From: an uncultured Calditrichaceae bacterium
GTDB lineage: Bacteria > Calditrichota > Calditrichia > RBG-13-44-9 > J075
Length of the DNA stretch: 64,000 bases
Reading direction: 5' to 3'
Assembly: GCA_964416895.1 (NCBI GenBank)
Contig: CAYQGB010000001.1
Span: 7,065 to 71,064, forward strand
The notes under the pieces are model-generated. The model saw only the letters and a program-made list of their open reading frames with translations. It did not search any database and was not told where the DNA came from. Each line of letters begins with the position of its first letter. Within the stretch, counting starts at the first letter, position 1. A program made the translations under genes and the position numbers. This document shows positions 26,245 to 34,823 of this stretch, one piece after another.

Positions 26245-29168
26245 CCTTCCACCTTATTCCCATCCTGAAAAGTCACTTGCTGAATAAGTTGACCCTGGCG
26301 ATTCCAGCGGCGCGCTTTCCCCTGACAACGGCCATTCTGCCAAAACGATTCCGATTTTAATTGTCCATTTTCCCAGTACTGTCGCCAGATGGATCGACCA
26401 TTGGCCTGATGTTCCCACTCCCACAGTTTATGGCCCCTGGCATCCCAGTAGGTTTCCATCCCAATTTTCCGTCCCAGATGGTAGGTAACCTCCCATTGTT
26501 TCTGTCCGGTGGGATAATACCATATTTCCTCCCCCTCCAATAGAAACCGCCCATCATCAGCCACACCGCCATGCCAGACCGCCTTCAGCTTTCCGTTAGG
26601 GTAAAACTCACGAAAGGTTTTTACCTGATTGATTTGGGTGGCCCGGGATTGCAGGATTTCCGTTTCGTCCGGCATTTCGTCGCTTAAAATCCAGGCTTCG
26701 TTCATTTCAAAATGCAAGCAGGGATCGTTCATGGAAGTAATCAGATGAATTATGCCGTTTGGCGCCTGACGTGCCACGGCATAGCCCAGCGTACCGCCTT
26801 GCATTCTTTGAGCATGTTCCGGATTTTCATGTGGCTGCACACCTGGCAAGGGCTTGATATGCCAGGTTTTTCCTTCATCGTCGGATAGCGCAACAAAGGC
26901 GCCACGGTGGGCGAAACCCGGTGGTTGATAACCATCGAACCGCTGAAAATCGGAAGCAAAAAAGAGTCGACCGCTTTGCAAACGGATAACTGTTGGTCGC
27001 TGGTTGGTTCCCAGTGGAGGGAAAGGCGATGCGCTGGCCTGCCAGCTTTTTCCCTCGTCTTCTGAAATGGCCATTGGCATGTACCCCTGAATATCAGCAT
27101 TTTTGCCACCCAATCCCAGTATGGAACCATCCCGGCGTAAAACAAAAGTGGTGTGCCGGGCAGGAGTCCGCCCTCCCGTATCGAACCAGTGTTTCCCTCC
27201 ATCTGTACTGGCCCACAATAGCGAACTTGGCCCCAGCCCATCGCAGGAGAGGTACCAGGTGCCATCCAGTCCCTTAAACGCCGTATTAATCGGCTGGGGT
27301 GTAAACGGCCCTGGCGTGCCCACAATTTGCGGATAATGCACCGCACTCCAGCTGGCACCGTTGTCCGTGGATTCAATCCATTGAAAAGGGTAGTTGCCCC
27401 GCAGGTGCAAATTGGACCAGAACAATCGTATCGTGTTGCCGTCCCGCCACAAGCAAGGGGCAGTATCGTTGGCATCGGGAATATCTAAAAACGGTGTGGG
27501 AAAATCCCATTCGTCTGCGCCAAACCGCAAACGGCTGGCAATCAGGGATACGTAAGGTTCATCCTCCTTTATGGAACTGAAATAAACCGCCAGCAGATCA
27601 CCATTGGGACAAACCACCAGACCGGGACTGTGGTTGTGCGGTCGGAAAACCGGGGCGAATCCGGCGGCTACATTTTCTTCTATAGACCGATTGTCCGGCG
27701 GGACAGGAAATAAATACCGTTTTCGGAAATAGGGTTTGGTGGGATCCGGTGCCACCTGAACATATTTGCCACCATGTTTCACACACTGCTGCACAAATGG
27801 TTTTTGCACAGGTGTTGGTGGGGTGGAGGGCAATGCTCCCATAACCACCCGAAAACCAACAGCGGGTGCAGCCTGAGCGGCAGCCAGCGCTTTTTGAAAA
27901 CGATAACGAACCTGTTTTTCATCCGCCTGATTGTGATAGAACAACCCGGCCGGCACAATCTCAGGGGATTCCCCGGGCCATTGCCAGTAAAGTTTCAGAT
28001 AAGATTGGCCGCCGTTGTGACGGTAGTGTAGCTGCAACGGGAGCGGTCGGTTGGCTTCCACAGAAAGACTCAAGCCTTTTGCGGGCATCCATTTTCTGCC
28101 GGCTTGCAATTTTTTATCGCCAACTTGCAACCAGGCAGTGGAATCGGCGATCAGGAAAAAAAGCACCTTCCCCGTTCGTTCCGGCAGGAGAAAACCCTGC
28201 CATTCTCCAGACCAGTCGTTCAAATGCGGCCAGCGGTAACCGATGCTGCGGGAATCAATGACAGGCAATGGGCCTTCTTTTGTGGGATTGGTCCAATCGT
28301 CGGAATCGTAAAAAATACCCCATAATCCCGGTTTTGTAACCTTCATGTCCTGCGGTAGAATTTGAGGTGGTTGAAGCATCCGCGTCAGAACCCAACCATC
28401 AAAATTAAGAGGCAGTCCGGCACGATTGCTGGCCCGTTGAAATTGAGGTGCCAACTCCTTAAGGCGCTTTTCCAGACTGTCCGGTAAACCGCTCCGAACC
28501 ACCCTTGTCCAGCCAGAAGCGGCCCCAACCGGATCGGTCTGTTCTTCGATGGAGTAAGGACCATACCAATCCCAACACCACTCCAGTACGCCGCTTAACA
28601 TGTTCTTCACGCCCCAGGGATGGGTTTCTTGCGGTAAAACAGTCTTCCGTCCAGCCCGACACACATATTCCCACTCCGCTTCGGTTGGTAGGCGATAAGT
28701 ATGCCCTTCCCTCTGGCTTAACCAGCGGCAAAAAGCGACCGCATCCTCCCAGCTTATGCCAGCCGCGTAGGGGGCATAACGGGGAATTCCCCGGTAATTC
28801 GACCGAAACTTCTGAAATTGTTCAATGGTGACTTCTGTTTCCGAAATCCAGAACCCGTTGGATATTTTAACCTGATGTACCGGATGTTCATCCCACTCCC
28901 CATTCCCGGTAAGATCGCCCATCCGGAAGTTTCCCGGTTCGATGCGAATCATCCGCATCCCCAGGGAATTGGTAAACGTTTCGGGCGAATCCGTTCGACA
29001 ACTGACAAAAAGCGCCAACACGAACACCATGCACAAACCAACGGCAAGGCGCTTCTGGTGGAAAGATAGAATTCCTCTCTGCCATAGCCGGGGAGGGAAA
29101 GGTAACCATTTTTTACGTTTCCTTTTAACGCACTTCCACATCGTCAATTCCCACTTTGATTGGCTCAA
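26241..29168 (-). CDS. Multidomain protein: FGE-sulfatase (SUMF1-like) domain, PA14-like region, BNR/sialidase-like beta-propeller, C-terminal MORN-variant repeats
   Basis: N-terminal lipoprotein-like signal. FGE-domain signature (RMIRIEPGNFRMGD...HPVHQVKISNGFWISETEVT...RLPTEAEWEYVCRAG). BNR SxDxGxTW repeats (STDNGASWS, STDGGKHWF, SEDEGKSWQ, SDDEGKTWH). The C-terminal tail has YxxGxxxxEgxW repeats of the MORN_2/YwqK type. Confidence 0.65.
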   Translation of the reverse strand: MSQSKWELTMWKCVKRKRKKWLPFPPRLWQRGILSFHQKRLAVGLCMVFVLALFVSCRTDSPETFTNSLGMRMIRIEPGNFRMGDLTGNGEWDEHPVHQVKISNGFWISETEVTIEQFQKFRSNYRGIPRYAPYAAGISWEDAVAFCRWLSQREGHTYRLPTEAEWEYVCRAGRKTVLPQETHPWGVKNMLSGVLEWCWDWYGPYSIEEQTDPVGAASGWTRVVRSGLPDSLEKRLKELAPQFQRASNRAGLPLNFDGWVLTRMLQPPQILPQDMKVTKPGLWGIFYDSDDWTNPTKEGPLPVIDSRSIGYRWPHLNDWSGEWQGFLLPERTGKVLFFLIADSTAWLQVGDKKLQAGRKWMPAKGLSLSVEANRPLPLQLHYRHNGGQSYLKLYWQWPGESPEIVPAGLFYHNQADEKQVRYRFQKALAAAQAAPAVGFRVVMGALPSTPPTPVQKPFVQQCVKHGGKYVQVAPDPTKPYFRKRYLFPVPPDNRSIEENVAAGFAPVFRPHNHSPGLVVCPNGDLLAVYFSSIKEDEPYVSLIASRLRFGADEWDFPTPFLDIPDANDTAPCLWRDGNTIRLFWSNLHLRGNYPFQWIESTDNGASWSAVHYPQIVGTPGPFTPQPINTAFKGLDGTWYLSCDGLGPSSLLWASTDGGKHWFDTGGRTPARHTTFVLRRDGSILGLGGKNADIQGYMPMAISEDEGKSWQASASPFPPLGTNQRPTVIRLQSGRLFFASDFQRFDGYQPPGFAHRGAFVALSDDEGKTWHIKPLPGVQPHENPEHAQRMQGGTLGYAVARQAPNGIIHLITSMNDPCLHFEMNEAWILSDEMPDETEILQSRATQINQVKTFREFYPNGKLKAVWHGGVADDGRFLLEGEEIWYYPTGQKQWEVTYHLGRKIGMETYWDARGHKLWEWEHQANGRSIWRQYWENGQLKSESFWQNGRCQGKARRWNRQGQLIQQVTFQDGNKVEG

Positions 29169-31110
29169 CTTTTTCTCCTCCGCAGGGCAGGTCTTCGCGG
29201 TATAATCCGGCTGTTTTCGGTTCGCCCATTTCGGCTAACCATTTCGGGACTTCGCCGCGGTAGGGACCGGTGCGAAATACCAGCCGTTGGACCTTGGCAG
29301 CTTTCTCTCCAAAAGCAACTCCCTTTCGTTCCCATTGGCCATTCAGCGCCAGGTCGTACGCTTGCGCCTTGCAATCGATTTTTAAAGACACATCATACCA
29401 TTGATTGGTTTGAATGGGCAGAGGGCTCACCTTGACTTTCAAATGATCCAGGCTCAACCAGTCTTTGTCAATACGCAGGGCAATGGGGCGTTCTCCGGTA
29501 GCGCTCTGAATTTCCACAAAAACTGCCCGACCCTGTGGCAGTTGATCGGCGCGAAAACGAAAGTGCACGGTGACCGCTTCATCTTCCGGAAAAATGCGTT
29601 CCACCTTGCAGTAGTCATAAGGATCTTCATCTTTTAGCAGCAAATAGTGATTGCCATTTGCCTCCTGGCGAATTCCGGCCGGCGCCCACTGCGGCAGGTA
29701 CAGATTCCACCATTCCAGCCCGGCGATGGAAGACAATCCTTCAAAATTTTGCGCTACAGGTTCGCTTACCTCCCCGGATACGGGCACACGAATCCGGCCT
29801 ACCCAGATGTCTTCTTTGTTCACGCTGTAAGTGATCCACAGGTGGTCGCCGGGAGGATTGCCGTTTCCCTCCACAATACCGCGCACATACTGGGGCCCGG
29901 GATTTTTGTGCAGTCCCTGATAGCGCATGGGGGGCACCTCCCCGTTAATCACAAACATGGCCTCGTAGTGGTATCCATCTTTACCGGGACGAATGACCAT
30001 GGGATAGCGATTGCGCCCGGTAGCGGAGTGATCGTACACCAAAGCATAGCTACCGTCGTCCAGGCGTTGCCCCCAGATTTTGGCCCCTGGCGAGCGGATT
30101 TTGTCCTGGATTTTGACGATCGGCGACCAGGTGTATCCCCGGTCCGGCGAGAGGGAAAAGTAGGCGTTTTTCCAGATGCCCACGACTTTTCCGTCCGGGC
30201 GGGTGTAAAAGCAAAACGCTTTTCCAGAACCTTTGGAAGTGGTCACCCCCAATTGAGTAGCCGATAAATCTACCGGCCCCACCACCCTGGAGGGATCAAT
30301 CGGGTAAAAGCCATCTTTGCCCCGATCTTCTTCCCACCATTGGAGAATCATCAGCTTATCGTTTAACAATGCTTCGCAGGCTTCCACAAAGCCGGTATCC
30401 GGCGAAGATTTGTAAAAGAGATAGCGGGTGTTGGTTTCGTTCCACCCGTTGTGACGATTGTAGCGAATAAAATAAATCGGCCCCAGGGTGCCGTCCCGAT
30501 ACACCTCCCGCACCACCCGGCCAATCCCCTGCCCTTTGTTGGGGGAAAAACGCGGTGTGGGGCAAAAGCTGTAAAAGGCCAGGGTCAACAGGCGCCCATT
30601 GGGAGCGACATAAAAGCCCATTCGCTGATGCATTACCGAAATGGTACCTTCGGGGATGGTGTAGCCGGCATAGTGAATCTCCGGCAGAGGATACTCCGGA
30701 AAGGCCACCACCGGTTTGCTCCAGTGGCGCCCATCTTCAGACCAGGTGAGCATGGTACGGGTGGGCGGTTCGTGTTCCCAATAAAGCCCGCTGAGATATT
30801 GCACATAAAATTTACCGTTCCAGTAAGCCAGATAGGGTTGATGGCTGTAGGTCCAGCCCTGTTGGCCTCCTTCCGGCGGATGGGCGCGATTGGCACGCAA
30901 GACCTGATACAGGTGCACCCCCACTGCATGGGGCAACCGCCCATCGTAATAATATCGATCCGGTTCTGCCCGATTGATCACCTCAATGGGAGGTCGAGGG
31001 GGCTGAGCTTTGGGAGGATCGCCGGCAAAGGCGATTTTCCCCAGAATCATCATTATGCTTATCGTACTCCATAGAAAACCCGGAAGTAGGGGATTCACAT
31101 TCCATCGCAT
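29125..31110 (-). CDS. Secreted beta-propeller protein of unknown function (sialidase/GH-like), paralog 3
   Basis: Signal peptide. SEDGRHWSKP and SPDRGYTWSP blade motifs. About 660 aa. Confidence 0.45.
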   Translation of the reverse strand: MRWNVNPLLPGFLWSTISIMMILGKIAFAGDPPKAQPPRPPIEVINRAEPDRYYYDGRLPHAVGVHLYQVLRANRAHPPEGGQQGWTYSHQPYLAYWNGKFYVQYLSGLYWEHEPPTRTMLTWSEDGRHWSKPVVAFPEYPLPEIHYAGYTIPEGTISVMHQRMGFYVAPNGRLLTLAFYSFCPTPRFSPNKGQGIGRVVREVYRDGTLGPIYFIRYNRHNGWNETNTRYLFYKSSPDTGFVEACEALLNDKLMILQWWEEDRGKDGFYPIDPSRVVGPVDLSATQLGVTTSKGSGKAFCFYTRPDGKVVGIWKNAYFSLSPDRGYTWSPIVKIQDKIRSPGAKIWGQRLDDGSYALVYDHSATGRNRYPMVIRPGKDGYHYEAMFVINGEVPPMRYQGLHKNPGPQYVRGIVEGNGNPPGDHLWITYSVNKEDIWVGRIRVPVSGEVSEPVAQNFEGLSSIAGLEWWNLYLPQWAPAGIRQEANGNHYLLLKDEDPYDYCKVERIFPEDEAVTVHFRFRADQLPQGRAVFVEIQSATGERPIALRIDKDWLSLDHLKVKVSPLPIQTNQWYDVSLKIDCKAQAYDLALNGQWERKGVAFGEKAAKVQRLVFRTGPYRGEVPKWLAEMGEPKTAGLYREDLPCGGEKVEPIKVGIDDVEVR

Positions 31111-31133
31111 GGTAGTACCCTCAAATTTTTAAA

Positions 31134-32480
31134 TTAGAACAGCAGAGATAGCAAAACCACCATAACCGCGCCGGTTATTCCCTGCACCAGCGTTCCCAGG
31201 GTAAGTCCCCGCAGGGCGGTGCTGACTTCCATATTGGAGAACTGTGCGACTACCCAGAAGTAGCTGTCATTCAAGTGGGAAACGGTCATGGCTCCGGCGC
31301 CGATGGCAACGACCACCAGAGCACGTCCCATCGGCCCGGCAAATCCCAGAGGTTCCAATAAGGGAGACATGAGCGCGGCGGTGGTAATAATGGCCACGGT
31401 GGAAGATCCCTGCGCCGACTTGAGCAGGGCGGCGACCAGAAAGGGCAACAACACTCCGATCCGGTACTGTATCAGGAATTTCCCAATGCTCTCCCCTACC
31501 CCGCTTTCCCGCAGCACGTATCCCAAAGCGCCCCCGGCGCCGGTAATCAAAATAATGGACCCGGCATTTTGTAAGGCGGTGTTCACCCAGACAAACGTCT
31601 TCCGGGAGTTAGATCCGCCTGCCAGTGAAAAAGCCAGCATCACTCCCAGTAACAGCGCCACCACCGGATGTCCTAAAAAACCGAACGCCCGGGCCATCCA
31701 ACCGATTCCCAGGGGATGAGTGGGGTAATCCGCCACAGACTTGAGCGCGATCAAAAAGATGGGCAATACAATGGGCATCAACGCCGGGGCGAGCGAAGGG
31801 GTTGGTTGCTCCGCGGTTTTGGGTTCCCTTTTCTCAACCGGTTGATCGGCTTTCGGGTCGGACAAATGCCTGCCGATCACTATCGCCCAGAACAAACCGG
31901 CTGCGGAGACCGGTACCGCCACCAACAATCCTAACAACAGCACCAGCCCCAGATCTGCTTCCAGCGTGGCCGCCGCTGCTAAAGGCCCCGGTGTTGGAGG
32001 GACAAACACATGGGTGGCATACAGACCGGTGGCCAGGGCAACCGCCAGCAGAGAGAGGCGAACACCGCTCCGCCTGCTGATGGCTCGATTGAGCGAGGAA
32101 AGGATCACGAAGCCGGAGTCGCAAAACACCGGTATGGAGACGATAAAACCGGTCAGATTCATGGCCAGAGGAGCGCGCCGATCTCCCAGACGGGAGAGCG
32201 CCGCTTCGGCCAGGGTAGTAGCTGCCCCGCTGCGCTCCAGAAAAACTCCGATAATTGTGCCAAACGCAATGACAATGCCGATGCTCTTCAGGGTACCGCC
32301 AAATCCTTCTACAATTTTACCGACTACAGCTATCGGCGACATTCCTAAAAGAACTCCCATCAGAAGTGAGGCTCCTAAAAGCGCCAGAAACGGGTGTACA
32401 TGCCAGCGGGTAGTGCTCAGGATGATGAGGAAGACGATGAGTATCAGCAAAACAAGAGATAACATCGGATTTCTCCGCAA
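31134..32480 (-). CDS. GntP family permease (gluconate / acid-sugar:H+ symporter)
   Basis: N-terminal HPFLALLGASLLMGVLLGM...GFGGTLKSIGIVIAFGTIIGVFLERSGAA matches the GntP N-terminal consensus. About 12-13 TM segments. Confidence 0.8.
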   Translation of the reverse strand: MRRNPMLSLVLLILIVFLIILSTTRWHVHPFLALLGASLLMGVLLGMSPIAVVGKIVEGFGGTLKSIGIVIAFGTIIGVFLERSGAATTLAEAALSRLGDRRAPLAMNLTGFIVSIPVFCDSGFVILSSLNRAISRRSGVRLSLLAVALATGLYATHVFVPPTPGPLAAAATLEADLGLVLLLGLLVAVPVSAAGLFWAIVIGRHLSDPKADQPVEKREPKTAEQPTPSLAPALMPIVLPIFLIALKSVADYPTHPLGIGWMARAFGFLGHPVVALLLGVMLAFSLAGGSNSRKTFVWVNTALQNAGSIILITGAGGALGYVLRESGVGESIGKFLIQYRIGVLLPFLVAALLKSAQGSSTVAIITTAALMSPLLEPLGFAGPMGRALVVVAIGAGAMTVSHLNDSYFWVVAQFSNMEVSTALRGLTLGTLVQGITGAVMVVLLSLLF

Positions 32481-32629
32481 AAGGGATCCTGGGTTATTCG
32501 GGTATCAGAGATCTGGCGTATCGGTTCGTCATATCTGAGTATGTGTATTGCTCACGGCAATGGGTTCGTAAAATGTGAAAGATACCGCCGAGGGGGTCAT
32601 ATTGATTCTGTGTTCGGGCCGGAAACATT

Positions 32630-34666
32630 TTACCGAATCAAGACCATTTTGCGGGTTTGCCTCCAACGGTTGCCTGCCTTCAGGCGATACAGGTATACCC
32701 CGCCGGCCACCGGATTTCCCGCCTCATCGGTTCCATCCCACTGCACCTCGTATCTGCCCGGCGGCAGTTTCTCCTGTATGAGCGTTCTCACCGCTCGCCC
32801 CATCAGATCGTAAATCCTCAGTTCCACAAATCCGAATTCGGCGATCTGAAATCTGAAATTCGTGGTGGGGTTGAACGGATTGGGATAATTCTGCTCCAGG
32901 GCAATGCGTCGGATATGGGGTTCCGGAGGGTCACCAATGGTCATGACAGGGGAAAAATACAGGCTCCAGGTCTCCCAGCTTCGACGGAAGTCATGCCCAT
33001 CGGAGGCCCGGACGTACCAGGTAAGGGTATCCTCCCGATCCCAATGGGCTACATGAAGCGCAAAAGTGGTATCTCCGATGGCGGCGATGAGGGTATCGTG
33101 ATGGGTGCCGCTGAGGTGGAGTTCGTACGCGATGGCCCGGCCGCTGTCAGGATCGATAGCCGGGGTCCAGGTAAAGTGGATGACCGAATCGGCGAGGGCC
33201 GTTTGATCCGGGGGAGATTGAAGATGAAACCATCCCGGGGGAACGTTGCCACTCTGGGAAACGGTGAGGAGTTGATTGGTGGGGATGTTCATCACTCGCT
33301 GGATTGTTCCCCCCGGCCAGTAAACGACCAGACTATCTACCACGGTGAGCGTGTCTACTCCGAAGTGAAGCCGAAGTCCGTTTTGCCCTCTGGCTCCGTT
33401 CCCGCCGTGGAGTTGCTGAACCTGCCGATGTCCCCCGGCATAGAGGGCCACTTCCGCCCCGATGCCATCGGCGTTATCAAAAACCCCCTGTAATTTTATT
33501 TTCAGGTAGTTTTTTTGATTGCCTCCCTCATTTCGCAACAATGCGACCCCGCCGGCAAAATGGCCGGCGATCAACACATCCACATCACCGTCGTTGTCAA
33601 AATCGCTCCAACTGACATCGAAACCATCTTGCGGAGAGGCGATGTTTGCCATTGAAGCAATGTCGGTGAAGGTGCCGTCGTGGTTGTTGCGGTACAGGCG
33701 GTTGGGGTTGACATGATTGGTGGTGAACAGATCCATCCATCCATCGTTGTCAACATCTACCCAACTGGAAGTGCGGCCATCGCCGACATCGGCGACACCG
33801 GCGGTCATGGTTACATCGGTAAAAGTGCGGTCGCCGTTGTTGGCGTAGAGGAGATTGCGGGTGGCCCCGATGTTGGCAACATACAGATCCAGATCGCCGT
33901 CCCGGTCATAGTCTGCCCAGGTGCTGGATACAGCCCGACGGAAATCCAGTACATGAGCGGCAAGGGAAATGTCGATGAAATCGGCCCCGGCCCAGTTGTA
34001 ATACAGGCGATTCCCGGCCGTATAAACGGCGCAGAAGATTTCCGGAAGCCCATCCCGATCAATATCTGCCGCCGTGGAGGTGCTCCCGGAGTTGGGATGA
34101 AATCCCATCCCCCCGGCCACTTCGGTAAAGGTGCCGTCGGGATTGTGTCGATAAAGGAGAGGATATCCCTCCGGTAAATGACAAAAGATATCCAGATATC
34201 CGTCACCGTTGTAATCCAGCCAGATGGCTCGCACGACTCCTACCTGCCCGGAAAACACCAGGTCAAAGACGCCGCTGCCATCCCGGTTACGAAAGATTTT
34301 TACCGGCTGGTTGACATGATTGGAGGCAATTAATAGATCAGGATAACCATCTTTGTCATAATCGGCCACGGCCACGGCATTGGGCAATTCCTGCGTTAAC
34401 CCACTGTTCTGGATCACGTCGGTAAATGTGCCATCCCCGTTGTTTCGATACAGGGCATTCTGATTGATGGTGCTGGCAAAGATGTCCGGCCACCCGTCCT
34501 GATTGTAATCGATCCAGGTGGAAAGATGCCCCAATCCCCCGGAAAAGCCGATATTGGCCGAAGCGGTGATGTCGGTAAAGGTTTGTGCGACCAGGGGGAG
34601 CAGGCTCATCCACCAGAGGAGGAGCACTCTCCTAAACAAGACACCCTGCCGGGAAGCTATGCTCAT
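32630..34666 (-). CDS. FG-GAP repeat beta-propeller protein with T9SS-type C-terminal sorting domain
   Basis: Seven DxDxDGxxD Ca-binding FG-GAP loops (DYNQDGWPD, DYDKDGYPD, DYNGDGYLD, DIDRDGLPE, DYDRDGDLD, DVDNDGWMD, DFDNDGDVD). The C-terminus NYPNPFNPTTNFRF...VYLYRLKAG...KMVLIR is a Por/T9SS sorting-domain signature. The start was moved to ATG 34666 (MSIASRQG..., signal peptide) because the upstream part of the ORF is the palindromic intergenic repeat. Confidence 0.7.
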   Translation of the reverse strand: MSIASRQGVLFRRVLLLWWMSLLPLVAQTFTDITASANIGFSGGLGHLSTWIDYNQDGWPDIFASTINQNALYRNNGDGTFTDVIQNSGLTQELPNAVAVADYDKDGYPDLLIASNHVNQPVKIFRNRDGSGVFDLVFSGQVGVVRAIWLDYNGDGYLDIFCHLPEGYPLLYRHNPDGTFTEVAGGMGFHPNSGSTSTAADIDRDGLPEIFCAVYTAGNRLYYNWAGADFIDISLAAHVLDFRRAVSSTWADYDRDGDLDLYVANIGATRNLLYANNGDRTFTDVTMTAGVADVGDGRTSSWVDVDNDGWMDLFTTNHVNPNRLYRNNHDGTFTDIASMANIASPQDGFDVSWSDFDNDGDVDVLIAGHFAGGVALLRNEGGNQKNYLKIKLQGVFDNADGIGAEVALYAGGHRQVQQLHGGNGARGQNGLRLHFGVDTLTVVDSLVVYWPGGTIQRVMNIPTNQLLTVSQSGNVPPGWFHLQSPPDQTALADSVIHFTWTPAIDPDSGRAIAYELHLSGTHHDTLIAAIGDTTFALHVAHWDREDTLTWYVRASDGHDFRRSWETWSLYFSPVMTIGDPPEPHIRRIALEQNYPNPFNPTTNFRFQIAEFGFVELRIYDLMGRAVRTLIQEKLPPGRYEVQWDGTDEAGNPVAGGVYLYRLKAGNRWRQTRKMVLIR

Positions 34667-34708
34667 GAGTACTGTATCCGGGTTTTGATATTGGCCGATG
34701 TTGGTGTT

Positions 34709-34794
34709 GCCGGAAGGGCGCTTAAGCGCCCTTGTAGCCACCGGGAAGCCGAACCCTCACCGGGGGGAGGCCGGAAGGGCGCTTAAGCGCCCTT
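34709..34794. repeat. Two copies, 61 bp apart, of a 25-bp GC-rich element GCCGGAAGGGCGCTTAAGCGCCCTT; its core AAGGGCGCTTAAGCGCCCTT is a perfect 20-bp palindrome
   Basis: Read from the sequence. It lies in the intergenic region between two same-strand T9SS-cargo genes. Confidence 0.8.
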
Positions 34795-34823
34795 CTCCAT
34801 CCCCCGACCTCCCACAACCCCAC

